Source: a virus. From it: a stretch of DNA of 64,000 nt. The stretch covers positions 11,924-75,923 of the IMG/VR virus record IMGVR_UViG_3300020034_000007; one strand, written 5' to 3'. Positions 47,107-56,394 of the stretch are shown piece after piece. Position numbers and translations under genes: made by a program. The notes under the pieces are model-generated. The model was not told where the DNA came from, searched no databases, and saw nothing but the letters and a program-made list of their open reading frames with translations. The stretch's first letter is position 1, and each line of letters opens with the position of its first letter.

Positions 47107-49230
47107 GTGAGTTTCGGCAGCAGAATCCCAAATGCGCCCAAGACAACGCTCGATGATCGGGCACGCAAAGCAGTGCGTAAGTTCTACACCATGCTGCCAA
47201 CTCTCAATGCCTATGTCCGTACGATCAGTGGTAACCCAAAGGTATGTATCGAGGTCACTGCAGACAACGGAAGCTCGACTCGTGATCGAATTTACTTCCG
47301 ACCGCCGCTAGCCTTAGGTGACGATCTGGTTCACACTGAAATGCTATGTGACGAGCGTGATTCAGATGGCATTCAGATGTGCGACGCATGCAGAACTCAT
47401 GAGCACATCATGGCCGTCATGTATCACGAGATTGGTCACATCGCCTTTGGTACGCACTCCAAGCCAGCACTCAAGCATGTCCAGGAGGTTCGCACCAAGG
47501 CTAATTGGTTCTCGCCCAAGGACTGGGATGACGTCAGAACGTACAATGAATTCAACAAACGCCTGAAGGCGTTACCTGACGCTGACCATTCGTACATGTT
47601 TCTTGCGAATGTGACACACCCTCACCTTGGCCTTTTGTACAACGCGACCGAGGACGCCCGTGTTAATGAAGCGGTGTTCAACGCGCGGCGTGGCGTGCGC
47701 GCCATGTACGACGCGCTAACGGCCGAAGTGGTCCGGGATGGTGTACCCAACCCAGATAACCCTGAAGAGTACACACAGTGGCGCGACATGTCTCTCGAGT
47801 TTCAGATGATGCTTGCAATCAGCTATCAGCTGCAGGGACAGAACGAGAAGTACTCAGGCCTGTTTGCTGAGAAGATCTATGAAGACCTGGAAAACGAAAC
47901 ACTTCAGAGGCACCTCGGGACATGGACAGCCGATACGTCAGCAATGGGTAACCTGAATTTCACTCTCGAGTTGATGAAGATTCTCAACGATATGGGTTAC
48001 CTTATCAAGGACAACAAGGAGGAACCAGAAAATGACGGCGGAGATTCTTCCGGGGAAGACAGTCCTGGCGACGGGAATGGTGAGCCATCATCAGGGAAAG
48101 GATCACCTCCCGTATCAGACTCTGAAGATGAAGGTGAGGATTCCGGGGGGAAGGATGGAGACGATCAACCTGACTCTTCTGGAGATCAGGACGCAGATGC
48201 TTCTTCTGACGGGGACGATAGCGATGATTCGCCGAGTCCCGGCTCACCTGAGGACAAAGCGCGACCAGGAGGCAATTTCGATAATGTCAAGGTCTGTGTC
48301 GCCGAACAGCTAGAGCCGGACATGAAGGATGCTGATCTTAACTCCGAAGATCCCGCTGAACGCAAAGAAGCCCAGCGCCTCATGAAGGCGATTGAGTCTG
48401 CAATCAGTCAGGTAATTCACTTCGAGAAGGCTTCAAGGCATATCTACGGTGTTGAATTCATCGAGCATGGTACTCACTACTGGCCCGAAGATGAGACACA
48501 GACTCCTGAAGTTGACAGTGCTGCACTGAATCTTTCCATCCTACAGGCACGTGTAACGTTTGATAACAACAAGCGTAAGCGCAAGATGCCTAACCTTAAG
48601 GCTGGCAAGGTTACGCCTTCAACACTAGGCAAGCGTGCCGCGCTAGAGGATGATCGGCTATTCCACAAGACCATCATTCCTGGTCGTCGAGATTACGATG
48701 TCGTCATAGGCATGGATATCTCAGGTTCAACAGCTGGTCGCAATATCGTCCTAGAGAAGAATGCAGTCTACGCTCAGGCAATGCTGCTAAGTAGACTGGG
48801 CATCACGTTCTCAATTTACGGTCACAGTGGATCATCTAACCTGATGATCTGGAAGATCAAGGAACGTCATGACCAGTGGGACACCAAGACCATGAAGCGC
48901 CTCATGGACGCGGACGCCTGTGCGGCAAACCTCGACGGCCATGCACTGGAATTTCTTCGTAAGCGTTCTAGTGAGGGTCAGGCTACAGATAAGATCATCA
49001 TGTATTACTCTGACGGCGCAATGCCGATGGAGAATTACAAGGAAGAATTGGAGATTCTTCAGCGCGAGATTCGTACCTGTGCCCAGCAGAGGATTACCCT
49101 GGTAGGTGTAGGCATCCGGACAGACAGTCCTACGAAGCATGGACTGGATACCGTACGGGTCGATTCACCGGATGATCTTAAGTTGGTCCTGCTACACCTG
49201 AAGAAGTACCTACTCAAGAAGAGGGCATGA
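47107..49230 (+). CDS. CobT-like VWA-domain protein with N-terminal HExxH
   Basis: YHEIGH, acidic linker, MIDAS DISGS and YYSDGAMP. Confidence 0.88.
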   Translation: MSFGSRIPNAPKTTLDDRARKAVRKFYTMLPTLNAYVRTISGNPKVCIEVTADNGSSTRDRIYFRPPLALGDDLVHTEMLCDERDSDGIQMCDACRTHEHIMAVMYHEIGHIAFGTHSKPALKHVQEVRTKANWFSPKDWDDVRTYNEFNKRLKALPDADHSYMFLANVTHPHLGLLYNATEDARVNEAVFNARRGVRAMYDALTAEVVRDGVPNPDNPEEYTQWRDMSLEFQMMLAISYQLQGQNEKYSGLFAEKIYEDLENETLQRHLGTWTADTSAMGNLNFTLELMKILNDMGYLIKDNKEEPENDGGDSSGEDSPGDGNGEPSSGKGSPPVSDSEDEGEDSGGKDGDDQPDSSGDQDADASSDGDDSDDSPSPGSPEDKARPGGNFDNVKVCVAEQLEPDMKDADLNSEDPAERKEAQRLMKAIESAISQVIHFEKASRHIYGVEFIEHGTHYWPEDETQTPEVDSAALNLSILQARVTFDNNKRKRKMPNLKAGKVTPSTLGKRAALEDDRLFHKTIIPGRRDYDVVIGMDISGSTAGRNIVLEKNAVYAQAMLLSRLGITFSIYGHSGSSNLMIWKIKERHDQWDTKTMKRLMDADACAANLDGHALEFLRKRSSEGQATDKIIMYYSDGAMPMENYKEELEILQREIRTCAQQRITLVGVGIRTDSPTKHGLDTVRVDSPDDLKLVLLHLKKYLLKKRA

Positions 49231-49445
49231 TGTCCAAGGTAAAGGTTACCCGGATAGCTACATTCGAGTACATGATTGATCGTGAAGGTGGTTATCAGGA
49301 TGCACCTGATCATCAGGTAATCGAATTTGAAAAGTCAGAGGAAGCTCAGTACTACGGTATTGTTGAGGGTTTCGAGACGAATTTCAAGAGTGAAGTCGTT
49401 ACAGTGGAGTTTGTCGAGGATGACGGAAGACCTCGGAGGACCTGA
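49227..49445 (+). CDS. Hypothetical protein
   Basis: ATGA coupling. Confidence 0.6.
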   Translation: MMSKVKVTRIATFEYMIDREGGYQDAPDHQVIEFEKSEEAQYYGIVEGFETNFKSEVVTVEFVEDDGRPRRT

Positions 49446-49784
49446 TGTACCTGTGCCTCCACTGGATTCAGCCCGAAGGACAAACGAAGCGTTATCGTTG
49501 CAGGGCTCGGCATCCTCGTCATCAGATTCACAAGGCAACAATTAGTGCGTTTACATCAGACATGGGTAAACCTTTTCCAGCTTCACAATCAGTTGAGGTG
49601 TCTTGGAGGGAAGTATGACCTGTCATCACTGTGGATTCAGTAGCTCAGCTATGTATGTAGCCATAAGCAAGGTAACCAAGAAGGGGCTGTGTACTCACCA
49701 TAAGGCCTGCACTCGGAGGCGTACCAGGATGACAGGTTCAATCCCGTTCTACAGGTCAAGGTTCACAAGACGCTAGGGGGTTAG

Positions 49785-50339
49785 ATGGAAATCGAGACTC
49801 CTCAGCCCTTGCCTTTAGCTGAGCGTAATCAAGTCTTTCCATACCAAAGATTCTTTTCGAAGGTAGATAAACTAGACGTTATCCGTCCCGGCTTGACAAC
49901 GCCATGCTGGGAATGGAATTCTGCCCGCCACCCGAAGGACAATTACGGGGTCTTCTGGATGGAAGGCAGGAGTCATCAAGCTCATCGTGTTGCCTGGGAA
50001 TACAAGTATGGAAAGATCCCACCAGGATTGATTCTGCTGCATAGGTGTGACAATCCTCCATGTGCCCATGTAGACCCGGATGGACCACCTTTAGCCGACC
50101 ACTTTCTACTAGGTACAACAGCGGAGAACAACACTGACCGTAACCTTAAGGGTCATACGAAGATTCACCGTGGTACTCACAACGGACTGTCTCGACTAAC
50201 CTCAGACCATGTGCGTGAGATACGCGCACTTTGCGAGGGAGGAGAATTGAGCTACGAGCAGATCGCGAACAGGTTTGCAGTCACTGCATCTACTGTATCG
50301 CGTATCAAACGTGGCCTTACCTACAAACTTGTAGATTAG
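49785..50339 (+). CDS. HNH homing endonuclease with C-terminal HTH
   Basis: CWEW...AHRVAW...HRCDNPPC...HFLLGTTAENNTD...VREIR...VSRIK. Confidence 0.9.
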   Translation: MEIETPQPLPLAERNQVFPYQRFFSKVDKLDVIRPGLTTPCWEWNSARHPKDNYGVFWMEGRSHQAHRVAWEYKYGKIPPGLILLHRCDNPPCAHVDPDGPPLADHFLLGTTAENNTDRNLKGHTKIHRGTHNGLSRLTSDHVREIRALCEGGELSYEQIANRFAVTASTVSRIKRGLTYKLVD

Positions 50340-50383
50340 TACCACCCGGTAATATATCAGTATCCTCAACAAGAAAGGTACAC

Positions 50384-51451
50384 ATGAAGATCAAGAAGTG
50401 GGGAGCTATCCTTCTGGGAGTTTTCATGCTCCTAGGACTGGCTGCCCTGGTATCAGCTAGCACTGCACAGGCGGCACCCCCAGCTACTCAAGTGGTTGGA
50501 CAGTGTGGCGATGTCTCTGTCTCAACTACACGTCCGGACAGTGGGCATCATGGAGACTGGGCTACCCTGGCTCTGATGCGTTCGACGCAAATCTGTCGAA
50601 CCGCCGAGAATACTTACACTGCTGTTATCACTGACGATGGCACGCTGACGACACTTGCCAGTTTGTCGCCGCGACAGGGCCTGCCTCTCGCTGCCGGGAT
50701 TACAGGTACGGTTCATGGTACGTATAACTGGACTCTCGTTGCCGAGAATCTTAACCTGGATAATCTCATCTCTCCTGCAGCTGACACAAAGACCGGTGCT
50801 TGGCTTGAGACGCTGGTCACTGCTTCGGGTGGCAAGTTCTGTAGTGATGTCGCTCATGAGTACAACTGGACGTATGTCACCTGCTCCGAGCAGTGGATAG
50901 ACGCGTCCAGTAACGACGACGGTCAGGCTGATACGGCTGGTGACATTACCGGCAAGGCATGTGTGCCCTCAGCTGGCTCGGTTACGTTCATCGATCGAGT
51001 GTGTCACACTGGTGGTATTGCTAACCTACCGGCTTTCGTGATTAAGGCAGCTAAGGGAGTTACCTGGCGGGCTACGATCGGCAAGTCTGGCAATGCTAGC
51101 TACCCCGGTACTCATGTCATCGGCCAGAACGGCAAGTCGGTTACGCTAGTAGTTGAGGCTGTCGACACACTAACCAAAAAGGTTATCAAGTCCTGGACCC
51201 ATACCTTCCCTTGGAACGTGTGCGCTAAGCCGGTAGTGAGTAAGCCAGCACCGAAGCTACCCGTCAAGGCTGTCGTGGTTCCGGCCAAGAAGATTGCCAG
51301 TCCTGTGGCCAACGAGAGTGCACTAGCTAACACTGGCAGTTCATCTACGCCGTGGGCTATCCTCATCGCCCTAGGTACCCTGCTGTTCGGTATCGGTGCC
51401 CTTTGGCTTGGTCGCGTACAGACCAGCACGCGCGGGAGGCATCACCACTAA
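50384..51451 (+). CDS. Secreted, sortase-anchored (LAxTG) surface protein
   Basis: Signal peptide ending TAQA; C-terminal LANTG + TM helix + RGRHHH. Confidence 0.8.
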   Translation: MKIKKWGAILLGVFMLLGLAALVSASTAQAAPPATQVVGQCGDVSVSTTRPDSGHHGDWATLALMRSTQICRTAENTYTAVITDDGTLTTLASLSPRQGLPLAAGITGTVHGTYNWTLVAENLNLDNLISPAADTKTGAWLETLVTASGGKFCSDVAHEYNWTYVTCSEQWIDASSNDDGQADTAGDITGKACVPSAGSVTFIDRVCHTGGIANLPAFVIKAAKGVTWRATIGKSGNASYPGTHVIGQNGKSVTLVVEAVDTLTKKVIKSWTHTFPWNVCAKPVVSKPAPKLPVKAVVVPAKKIASPVANESALANTGSSSTPWAILIALGTLLFGIGALWLGRVQTSTRGRHHH

Positions 51452-51550
51452 GTGTTCTGGCTCGTCTTGGGGTGTAGCGGTCTGGGTTATGTTATTCTGT
51501 TGACTTACGTACGTTGTTGGTGCAAGAGACACCAGGATGACCCGTTGTAA
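51452..51550 (+). CDS. Possible 32-aa membrane peptide
   Basis: GTG right after the stop; MFWLVLGCSGLGYVILLTYVRCWCKRH. Confidence 0.35.
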   Translation: MFWLVLGCSGLGYVILLTYVRCWCKRHQDDPL

Positions 51551-51586
51551 CATCGGCAATAATGAACACAACGGCTGAGCGCTCGC

Positions 51587-51629
51587 GCCGGTCGGCACGG
51601 ATGTGTTAGGCTAGTCCGTGCCGACCGGC
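51587..51629. terminator. 15-bp inverted repeat
   Basis: gccggtcggcacgga / tccgtgccgaccggc. Confidence 0.7.
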
Positions 51630-51678
51630 CACACCTCAGAGGGCCATAACAGATCTCCACAAGAGAGGCGATCATTAC

Positions 51679-52140
51679 ATGAGCGTGAACCTTGCAGAGT
51701 ACAGCGTACTACAGAAGAAGAAGGTAACGATTCAGTACAACTCAAAGCCAGACAGCCAGGGTGCTGTTGAGCTTGTCGAGCTAGAGGGTACGCTCATGGC
51801 TGCCCAGCCTGGTATCGGAGTCATGTTCCGTCCGGCCCGCCACAACCAGGGCCAGCTCATTGACGAGGCTGACATTGTCGATATCATCTCGGCTCCGACC
51901 AAGCCTCGTGTTCTCAAGCAGAAGAATTTGCGCGTGATTGGCGCGGAGGACGTGCGCCATCATCTCGCGGATCGCCATGCGTACCCGTTGACCTGGGTTA
52001 ACCAGGCTACTCCGGAACAGGCGCTCGAGGCTCACTCTGGTATCGATCACACCGACCTTGGCCATAAGCACTCGGCTACCGAGACTGAAGCTGAGGTAGA
52101 GGTCGAGAACACCGAGACTGAGGTTACTGAAAGCGAGTAG
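51679..52140 (+). CDS. Actinophage-type hypothetical protein (His-rich motif)
   Basis: VRHHLADRH...H.GIDH.DLGHKH. Confidence 0.75.
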   Translation: MSVNLAEYSVLQKKKVTIQYNSKPDSQGAVELVELEGTLMAAQPGIGVMFRPARHNQGQLIDEADIVDIISAPTKPRVLKQKNLRVIGAEDVRHHLADRHAYPLTWVNQATPEQALEAHSGIDHTDLGHKHSATETEAEVEVENTETEVTESE

Positions 52141-52152
52141 CCACTGAAGCGT

Positions 52153-52197
52153 CGGACCAGCTACTAGCTCGCGATGGGTCTGGGAGTAGCTGGTCCG
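52153..52197. terminator. 13-bp inverted repeat
   Basis: cggaccagctact / agtagctggtccg. Confidence 0.7.
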
Positions 52198-52231
52198 GCC
52201 TTGATGGGCTAATCAAACTCTGGGGAGCAAG

Positions 52232-52840
52232 ATGCCTGTAGGATATCGAGAAAAGGACGGTCGCTACACAGTCACCTGCGACAAACCTTTTTGTTATTTG
52301 AGTATAGCAGTACATACATTACCGGCCGCAACCGAGCTGGATCAACATCATGTATGTCCTTTCATTAACGGAACAACCAAGTACGCCGGGAGTATTACAA
52401 TGCAGCTGGTTGAACAAATGTGGGCCAAGGCTGATGAAGCCTTCGCTAAACTTCTGGAGTACAACGATACAGATAACCGCGATAAGTCCTACCATCAGGG
52501 TGAGTGTCGTATGGCAGCCGAGCTGATTGCAATCTTCATGACGCCCCACTTCAAGACTGGTGATGAGATTGTTCGTGAGATCGTCAAGCGTCAACAGATG
52601 AAAGCTGCAGGTGAACCTTACGAAACTCCAGGACTGGGTTACCGTATCTACGAGCTACCAAAAGATGCTGATAAACCTCGTGAGGTCAAAACAGCCGAGG
52701 CGCGCATTGCTGTTCCTGGTAAACTCTCCGCGGAAGACATCTCGATGATTAAGTTCATGAAGGATACCCAGCCACTCAAGACGATTGCCGACCTGTTCGA
52801 TATCACCATGGCCGAGGTTGGAGCAGTCTTTAGGAGTTGA
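52232..52840 (+). CDS. Hypothetical protein with C-terminal HTH-like segment
   Basis: ctggggag SD; PLKTIADLFDITMAEV. Confidence 0.65.
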   Translation: MPVGYREKDGRYTVTCDKPFCYLSIAVHTLPAATELDQHHVCPFINGTTKYAGSITMQLVEQMWAKADEAFAKLLEYNDTDNRDKSYHQGECRMAAELIAIFMTPHFKTGDEIVREIVKRQQMKAAGEPYETPGLGYRIYELPKDADKPREVKTAEARIAVPGKLSAEDISMIKFMKDTQPLKTIADLFDITMAEVGAVFRS

Positions 52841-52865
52841 ATTACTAACGCAATCATGGTACTAT
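52837..52865 (+). promoter_or_regulatory. sigma70-type promoter
   Basis: TTGAAT-17-TACTAT, extended TG. Confidence 0.6.
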
Positions 52866-52883
52866 GAAGCTAGAAAGGCAAAG

Positions 52884-53240
52884 ATGGCAAAAGCTTCCGG
52901 TCTATGTATGCTGTGTAGCGAGTACCCGTGCATATGTGAACGCACTCCACGTAAGACAACTAGAAAACCTCTAATACGTCCGGTAGAGATAGTTACTTTA
53001 CCAGATCCATCCGCAGAAACCTCAATGCCGGCTGCACGTAGGCAAGATTTCGATCTAGAGGAAGCACTCGAGATAACTGCAATCAAGAATCTGGAGCCTC
53101 TACTAGATGCCGAAGAGAAAAGCAAGTGGTCCGAACAACTCGGGGTCACGCTTCGACCACACGAGCGTGCAGCGGTCTGGCGTGCCCAAGATTATTCGGA
53201 ACGAAGCAGTATTACCAGCTTATCGAGCCAAGATAAGTGA
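52884..53240 (+). CDS. Hypothetical protein (N-terminal CxxC-x3-CxC)
   Basis: LCMLCSEYPCIC; SD gaaagg. Confidence 0.7.
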   Translation: MAKASGLCMLCSEYPCICERTPRKTTRKPLIRPVEIVTLPDPSAETSMPAARRQDFDLEEALEITAIKNLEPLLDAEEKSKWSEQLGVTLRPHERAAVWRAQDYSERSSITSLSSQDK

Positions 53241-54090
53241 TCCTGAAATTCCTCCTGCTACTTCCGCTCAGATTAGCGAAATGCTCAGGGGCTATGCAGA
53301 CGCTCAACGTGCAGTAGCTGAGCCATTTGCTCAGATAAGTAAATCCCTTATTGAGTTATCTAAAGCTTTTACAAAGGTATATTCTGATGTTATGCATCAG
53401 CTTACAGAGAGGCTTGCGGTTGTGCCTACACCAGAACAGCTATATCTGAACGACCAGAAGTACTTCGTGCACAGTTCTAACTGGGAATTTCCAACAGATG
53501 GCAAGGCTCCCTTCTTGCGTCCGGACTCGAGTCATCGTATCGCTCTCTTTGAGTCAGGATATCTTGCCTGTGTTCCGTGCCAGCGAGTCTGGTGCTCACA
53601 TCTTGATGCACTTCTATCCGATCCAGAATCGGATGCAAACTTCTTCCAGAATGCATTTGAATCTTGCAATAAGACTGGTACGGTCTTCTTTATTCCATTC
53701 GAGGCTGCGAGCATGTGGCTGCCTGTAACTGTTTCGCAACTGGATTCAGAGCAGCCAGTCTGCAAGGTGGTTTACAAGCTCGTAACCAAAATAGGCAAAC
53801 GAACAGAAGCAGAGGAAATCAATCTCGGTACCATTACCTTGGGCATCGAAGGCTACTACTCGATTGCTCTTCTTGCTCAGAACTTTCTAGACGAACGAGT
53901 AGTCGGTATCGAAGAATGCAAAGCTTCCTCGCACTGGAAGACAGGAAAGGACAAGCAGATTTCAACAGCTGTCGACGCAATCGGATTCATTCTCGGACGT
54001 AAATGTGCAACCTGTACATCTATCGCCGAGAATTCAGCCGGTGATGATCTTATCCCTTCCAAGGAAGCTAACTGGGGAGCGCGGCGATAA
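53107..54090 (+). CDS. SWIM-like Zn-finger protein (true start uncertain)
   Basis: CVPCQRVWCSHL and CKASSH...CATC. Confidence 0.6.
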   Translation: MPKRKASGPNNSGSRFDHTSVQRSGVPKIIRNEAVLPAYRAKISDPEIPPATSAQISEMLRGYADAQRAVAEPFAQISKSLIELSKAFTKVYSDVMHQLTERLAVVPTPEQLYLNDQKYFVHSSNWEFPTDGKAPFLRPDSSHRIALFESGYLACVPCQRVWCSHLDALLSDPESDANFFQNAFESCNKTGTVFFIPFEAASMWLPVTVSQLDSEQPVCKVVYKLVTKIGKRTEAEEINLGTITLGIEGYYSIALLAQNFLDERVVGIEECKASSHWKTGKDKQISTAVDAIGFILGRKCATCTSIAENSAGDDLIPSKEANWGARR

Positions 54091-54093
54091 GTC

Positions 54094-54330
54094 ATGGCCC
54101 GTAGTTTTAAGTACGTTTGCACACGGTGTGGTGCTAGACCTCACCCCAACGACAACGAGGCACGGGCCAGCCTTACAGCAGTTGTCGTCCAGTTCAAAGA
54201 GGTTGGTTTCCGAGGGCACGTCTTGAGGTCTAGGGTAGTTGACTGGTTATGCAAGTCTTGCCTGGAAGCTGATCCGACTTATAATCAAGTCGATCGATCA
54301 TTCATCAACAAGGTGGCAAACGATGGCTGA
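54094..54330 (+). CDS. Zn-ribbon protein
   Basis: YVCTRCG...LCKSC. Confidence 0.7.
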   Translation: MARSFKYVCTRCGARPHPNDNEARASLTAVVVQFKEVGFRGHVLRSRVVDWLCKSCLEADPTYNQVDRSFINKVANDG

Positions 54331-54559
54331 ATTTAACTTCCATGAGCAATTAGAAACACTAGCCAAGAAGCTTCACCTCATAGCAGCTAAATATTCTGTA
54401 CAGATTGAGATGTATCAGCATCGACTCAAGGCAGCAGATGAACTCTTGACAACTTACGGGTGGGTTCAGTTTGGTACGCATGCCAATGATCCTTGTAAGC
54501 TAGAGTTTTCTACAGTCTTTGATATTGACGGACTTCCGCTGTACGAAAGGGTTATCTGA
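54323..54559 (+). CDS. Hypothetical protein
   Basis: Coupled to both neighbours. Confidence 0.55.
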   Translation: MAEFNFHEQLETLAKKLHLIAAKYSVQIEMYQHRLKAADELLTTYGWVQFGTHANDPCKLEFSTVFDIDGLPLYERVI

Positions 54560-55113
54560 TGGCGAGACGTGACAATGTAAATCCACATACTCGCCACGTT
54601 CGCCCGAAGTGGCAGTTCCCTGCAGACTGGGCTGAGTTTATTGATCTGTTCGATCAGAGGATTGTCAAGATCCTGGGGTACGAAAGCGAAGATAAGACAC
54701 TCGGTCCGGATGTTATCATGTACATCCTTTACAAAACAGCATACAAGAGTCAGATGGCGATTAACCTAACTCGTCTAACTGAACCAGAACTAGATGCGCT
54801 CAAGAACATTCTCGACAGCACTATTGAGCTTGCGCGTCCGATCGTACAACTAAGAGATAAGGTGGCCCGTGACAATCTCGATCACGGAGAAGACTCTGAC
54901 CCAAGAGTCTATCGACCAGTTCCGAACATCATTAAGCGTCCGTGGGCTGTCGGAATCGACGCTGCAAGCGTACTCGACAGATCTGAAGATCTTCCTACGC
55001 GACCTAGAAGTGTCGTCCCTCGCAATCAAGGACTTGGAAGCAAGGGCGGCCCAGTGGCTGAACCAGACGCGCGAGATAGCCAAGCCGAAGACAACGCAAC
55101 GGAGACTAACTAG
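54559..55113 (+). CDS. Hypothetical protein overlapping the recombinase 5' end
   Basis: TGATG coupling; 3' 245 nt overlap the recombinase ORF in another frame. Confidence 0.6.
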   Translation: MARRDNVNPHTRHVRPKWQFPADWAEFIDLFDQRIVKILGYESEDKTLGPDVIMYILYKTAYKSQMAINLTRLTEPELDALKNILDSTIELARPIVQLRDKVARDNLDHGEDSDPRVYRPVPNIIKRPWAVGIDAASVLDRSEDLPTRPRSVVPRNQGLGSKGGPVAEPDARDSQAEDNATETN

Positions 55114-55687
55114 CATTCGCGCGTATGCGTCGTGGGTAGGCGTTGACATCCTCTCGAACTACAAGACACCGCGTGCATCTAAACCTATCGCGCACCCCTT
55201 GCGTGGCGGTATGGACGACGTACGAGAGTTGATTACGCACGCCAAGCACGCACATCAGCGTGCCCTCATTGCTATGTGTGGCATGCTAGGTCTACGCATT
55301 AGTGAAGCGTTGTCGGTTAAGCCTGAACACTTCGAAATACTAGAGATGCTCCTAACCGTGCGCGGTAAGGGTAACGTTGATCGCACTATCCCTATCTCGG
55401 GTGAAGCGATGAGCGTGCTACTTCCAATCATTGTTAGCACTCCTGAAGGACGACGACTCGTCCCGACAAAGAATCGTGGCGCGCGGGCCTACCTGACTCG
55501 CCTTGGTCAGCGTGTACTTGGCTACGATATTGCCAGTCATGACTTTAGGATGACCTTCGGTACGGCAGTCAACGATAAGTATGGGCTTCGTGCTGCACAG
55601 GAGCTTCTCGGTCACGCTCGCAGTACGACGACTGAGATCTATACTCTCGTGACAATGAACACACTGCGACAGGCGGTCGAGCTCTAA
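54869..55687 (+). CDS. Tyrosine recombinase (XerC/D-like)
   Basis: GLRISE, RGKG, HDFR, LLGH and TTEIY: full R-K-H-R-H-Y set; SAM-like N-terminus. Confidence 0.92.
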   Translation: MTISITEKTLTQESIDQFRTSLSVRGLSESTLQAYSTDLKIFLRDLEVSSLAIKDLEARAAQWLNQTREIAKPKTTQRRLTSIRAYASWVGVDILSNYKTPRASKPIAHPLRGGMDDVRELITHAKHAHQRALIAMCGMLGLRISEALSVKPEHFEILEMLLTVRGKGNVDRTIPISGEAMSVLLPIIVSTPEGRRLVPTKNRGARAYLTRLGQRVLGYDIASHDFRMTFGTAVNDKYGLRAAQELLGHARSTTTEIYTLVTMNTLRQAVEL

Positions 55688-55947
55688 TGGCAGAACGTCA
55701 GAGACTTCTTAATCTTCTCATCCGTAATAAACTGATAATCGAGGAAGAAGATCTCGGCCCGCAAGTGGAGAAACTTGTACAGATGGAATGGTGGGAGTTA
55801 ATGGACCTGCGAAACTTCAGCTATTCTGCTGCTCGCGAGTTGTGTGAATATCTACACGAATTTGGACTCACACATACAGAACTGGAATATCATCTCACTC
55901 ACTGGCAGTATGGAAAATACAGAGTACGAGTGGAGAGTTCATCATGA
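55687..55947 (+). CDS. Hypothetical protein
   Basis: TAATG coupling. Confidence 0.6.
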   Translation: MAERQRLLNLLIRNKLIIEEEDLGPQVEKLVQMEWWELMDLRNFSYSAARELCEYLHEFGLTHTELEYHLTHWQYGKYRVRVESSS

Positions 55948-56165
55948 AGGAAACGGTTACCATGGATCGGTTTACTTGCGATGGATGTAATAGAGTAGTA
56001 CTTGTAGAGCCAGATAGCGAACCACCAAATGGCTACCACATGAAGGTTGCTTATATCAGCGATAGAGGCGGTGATGCTGCTGATGATATCTATGCCTGTA
56101 GTGACAGGTGTATTAGTAGAGCTGTTATTCGAGGGTTAGCGAGGGATGATCGTGCCGATCAGTAA
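55944..56165 (+). CDS. Small Zn-binding protein
   Basis: FTCDGC...YACSDRC. Confidence 0.7.
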   Translation: MKETVTMDRFTCDGCNRVVLVEPDSEPPNGYHMKVAYISDRGGDAADDIYACSDRCISRAVIRGLARDDRADQ

Positions 56166-56394
56166 AGTAGAAATCCAGCAATATATCTGCGATAACCCAG
56201 CGTGTCGTCGCATTTTTCAGCCCATCGGTGGTGTACCTCAACCTGGACTGTCTGGCAGTATCGTGGTACAATTCTATCACGGGTTACCCTTGCACGTCGG
56301 ATTCTGGGCACATACATTTCGATGTGTAGGACCAGCCGTCAAGGCTAATTACGAAAGATTACTAGCCGAGGAGAGTAAGGATGCCAGCTCTTAA
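56146..56394 (+). CDS. Small Zn-binding protein
   Basis: YICDNPAC...HTFRC. Confidence 0.65.
   Translation: MIVPISKVEIQQYICDNPACRRIFQPIGGVPQPGLSGSIVVQFYHGLPLHVGFWAHTFRCVGPAVKANYERLLAEESKDASS

Noticed and set aside
49640-49760. Second tRNA (tagctcag...ggttcaatccc)
   Set aside because: The T-stem and acceptor do not pair properly and there is no valid anticodon arm; at most a decayed remnant.
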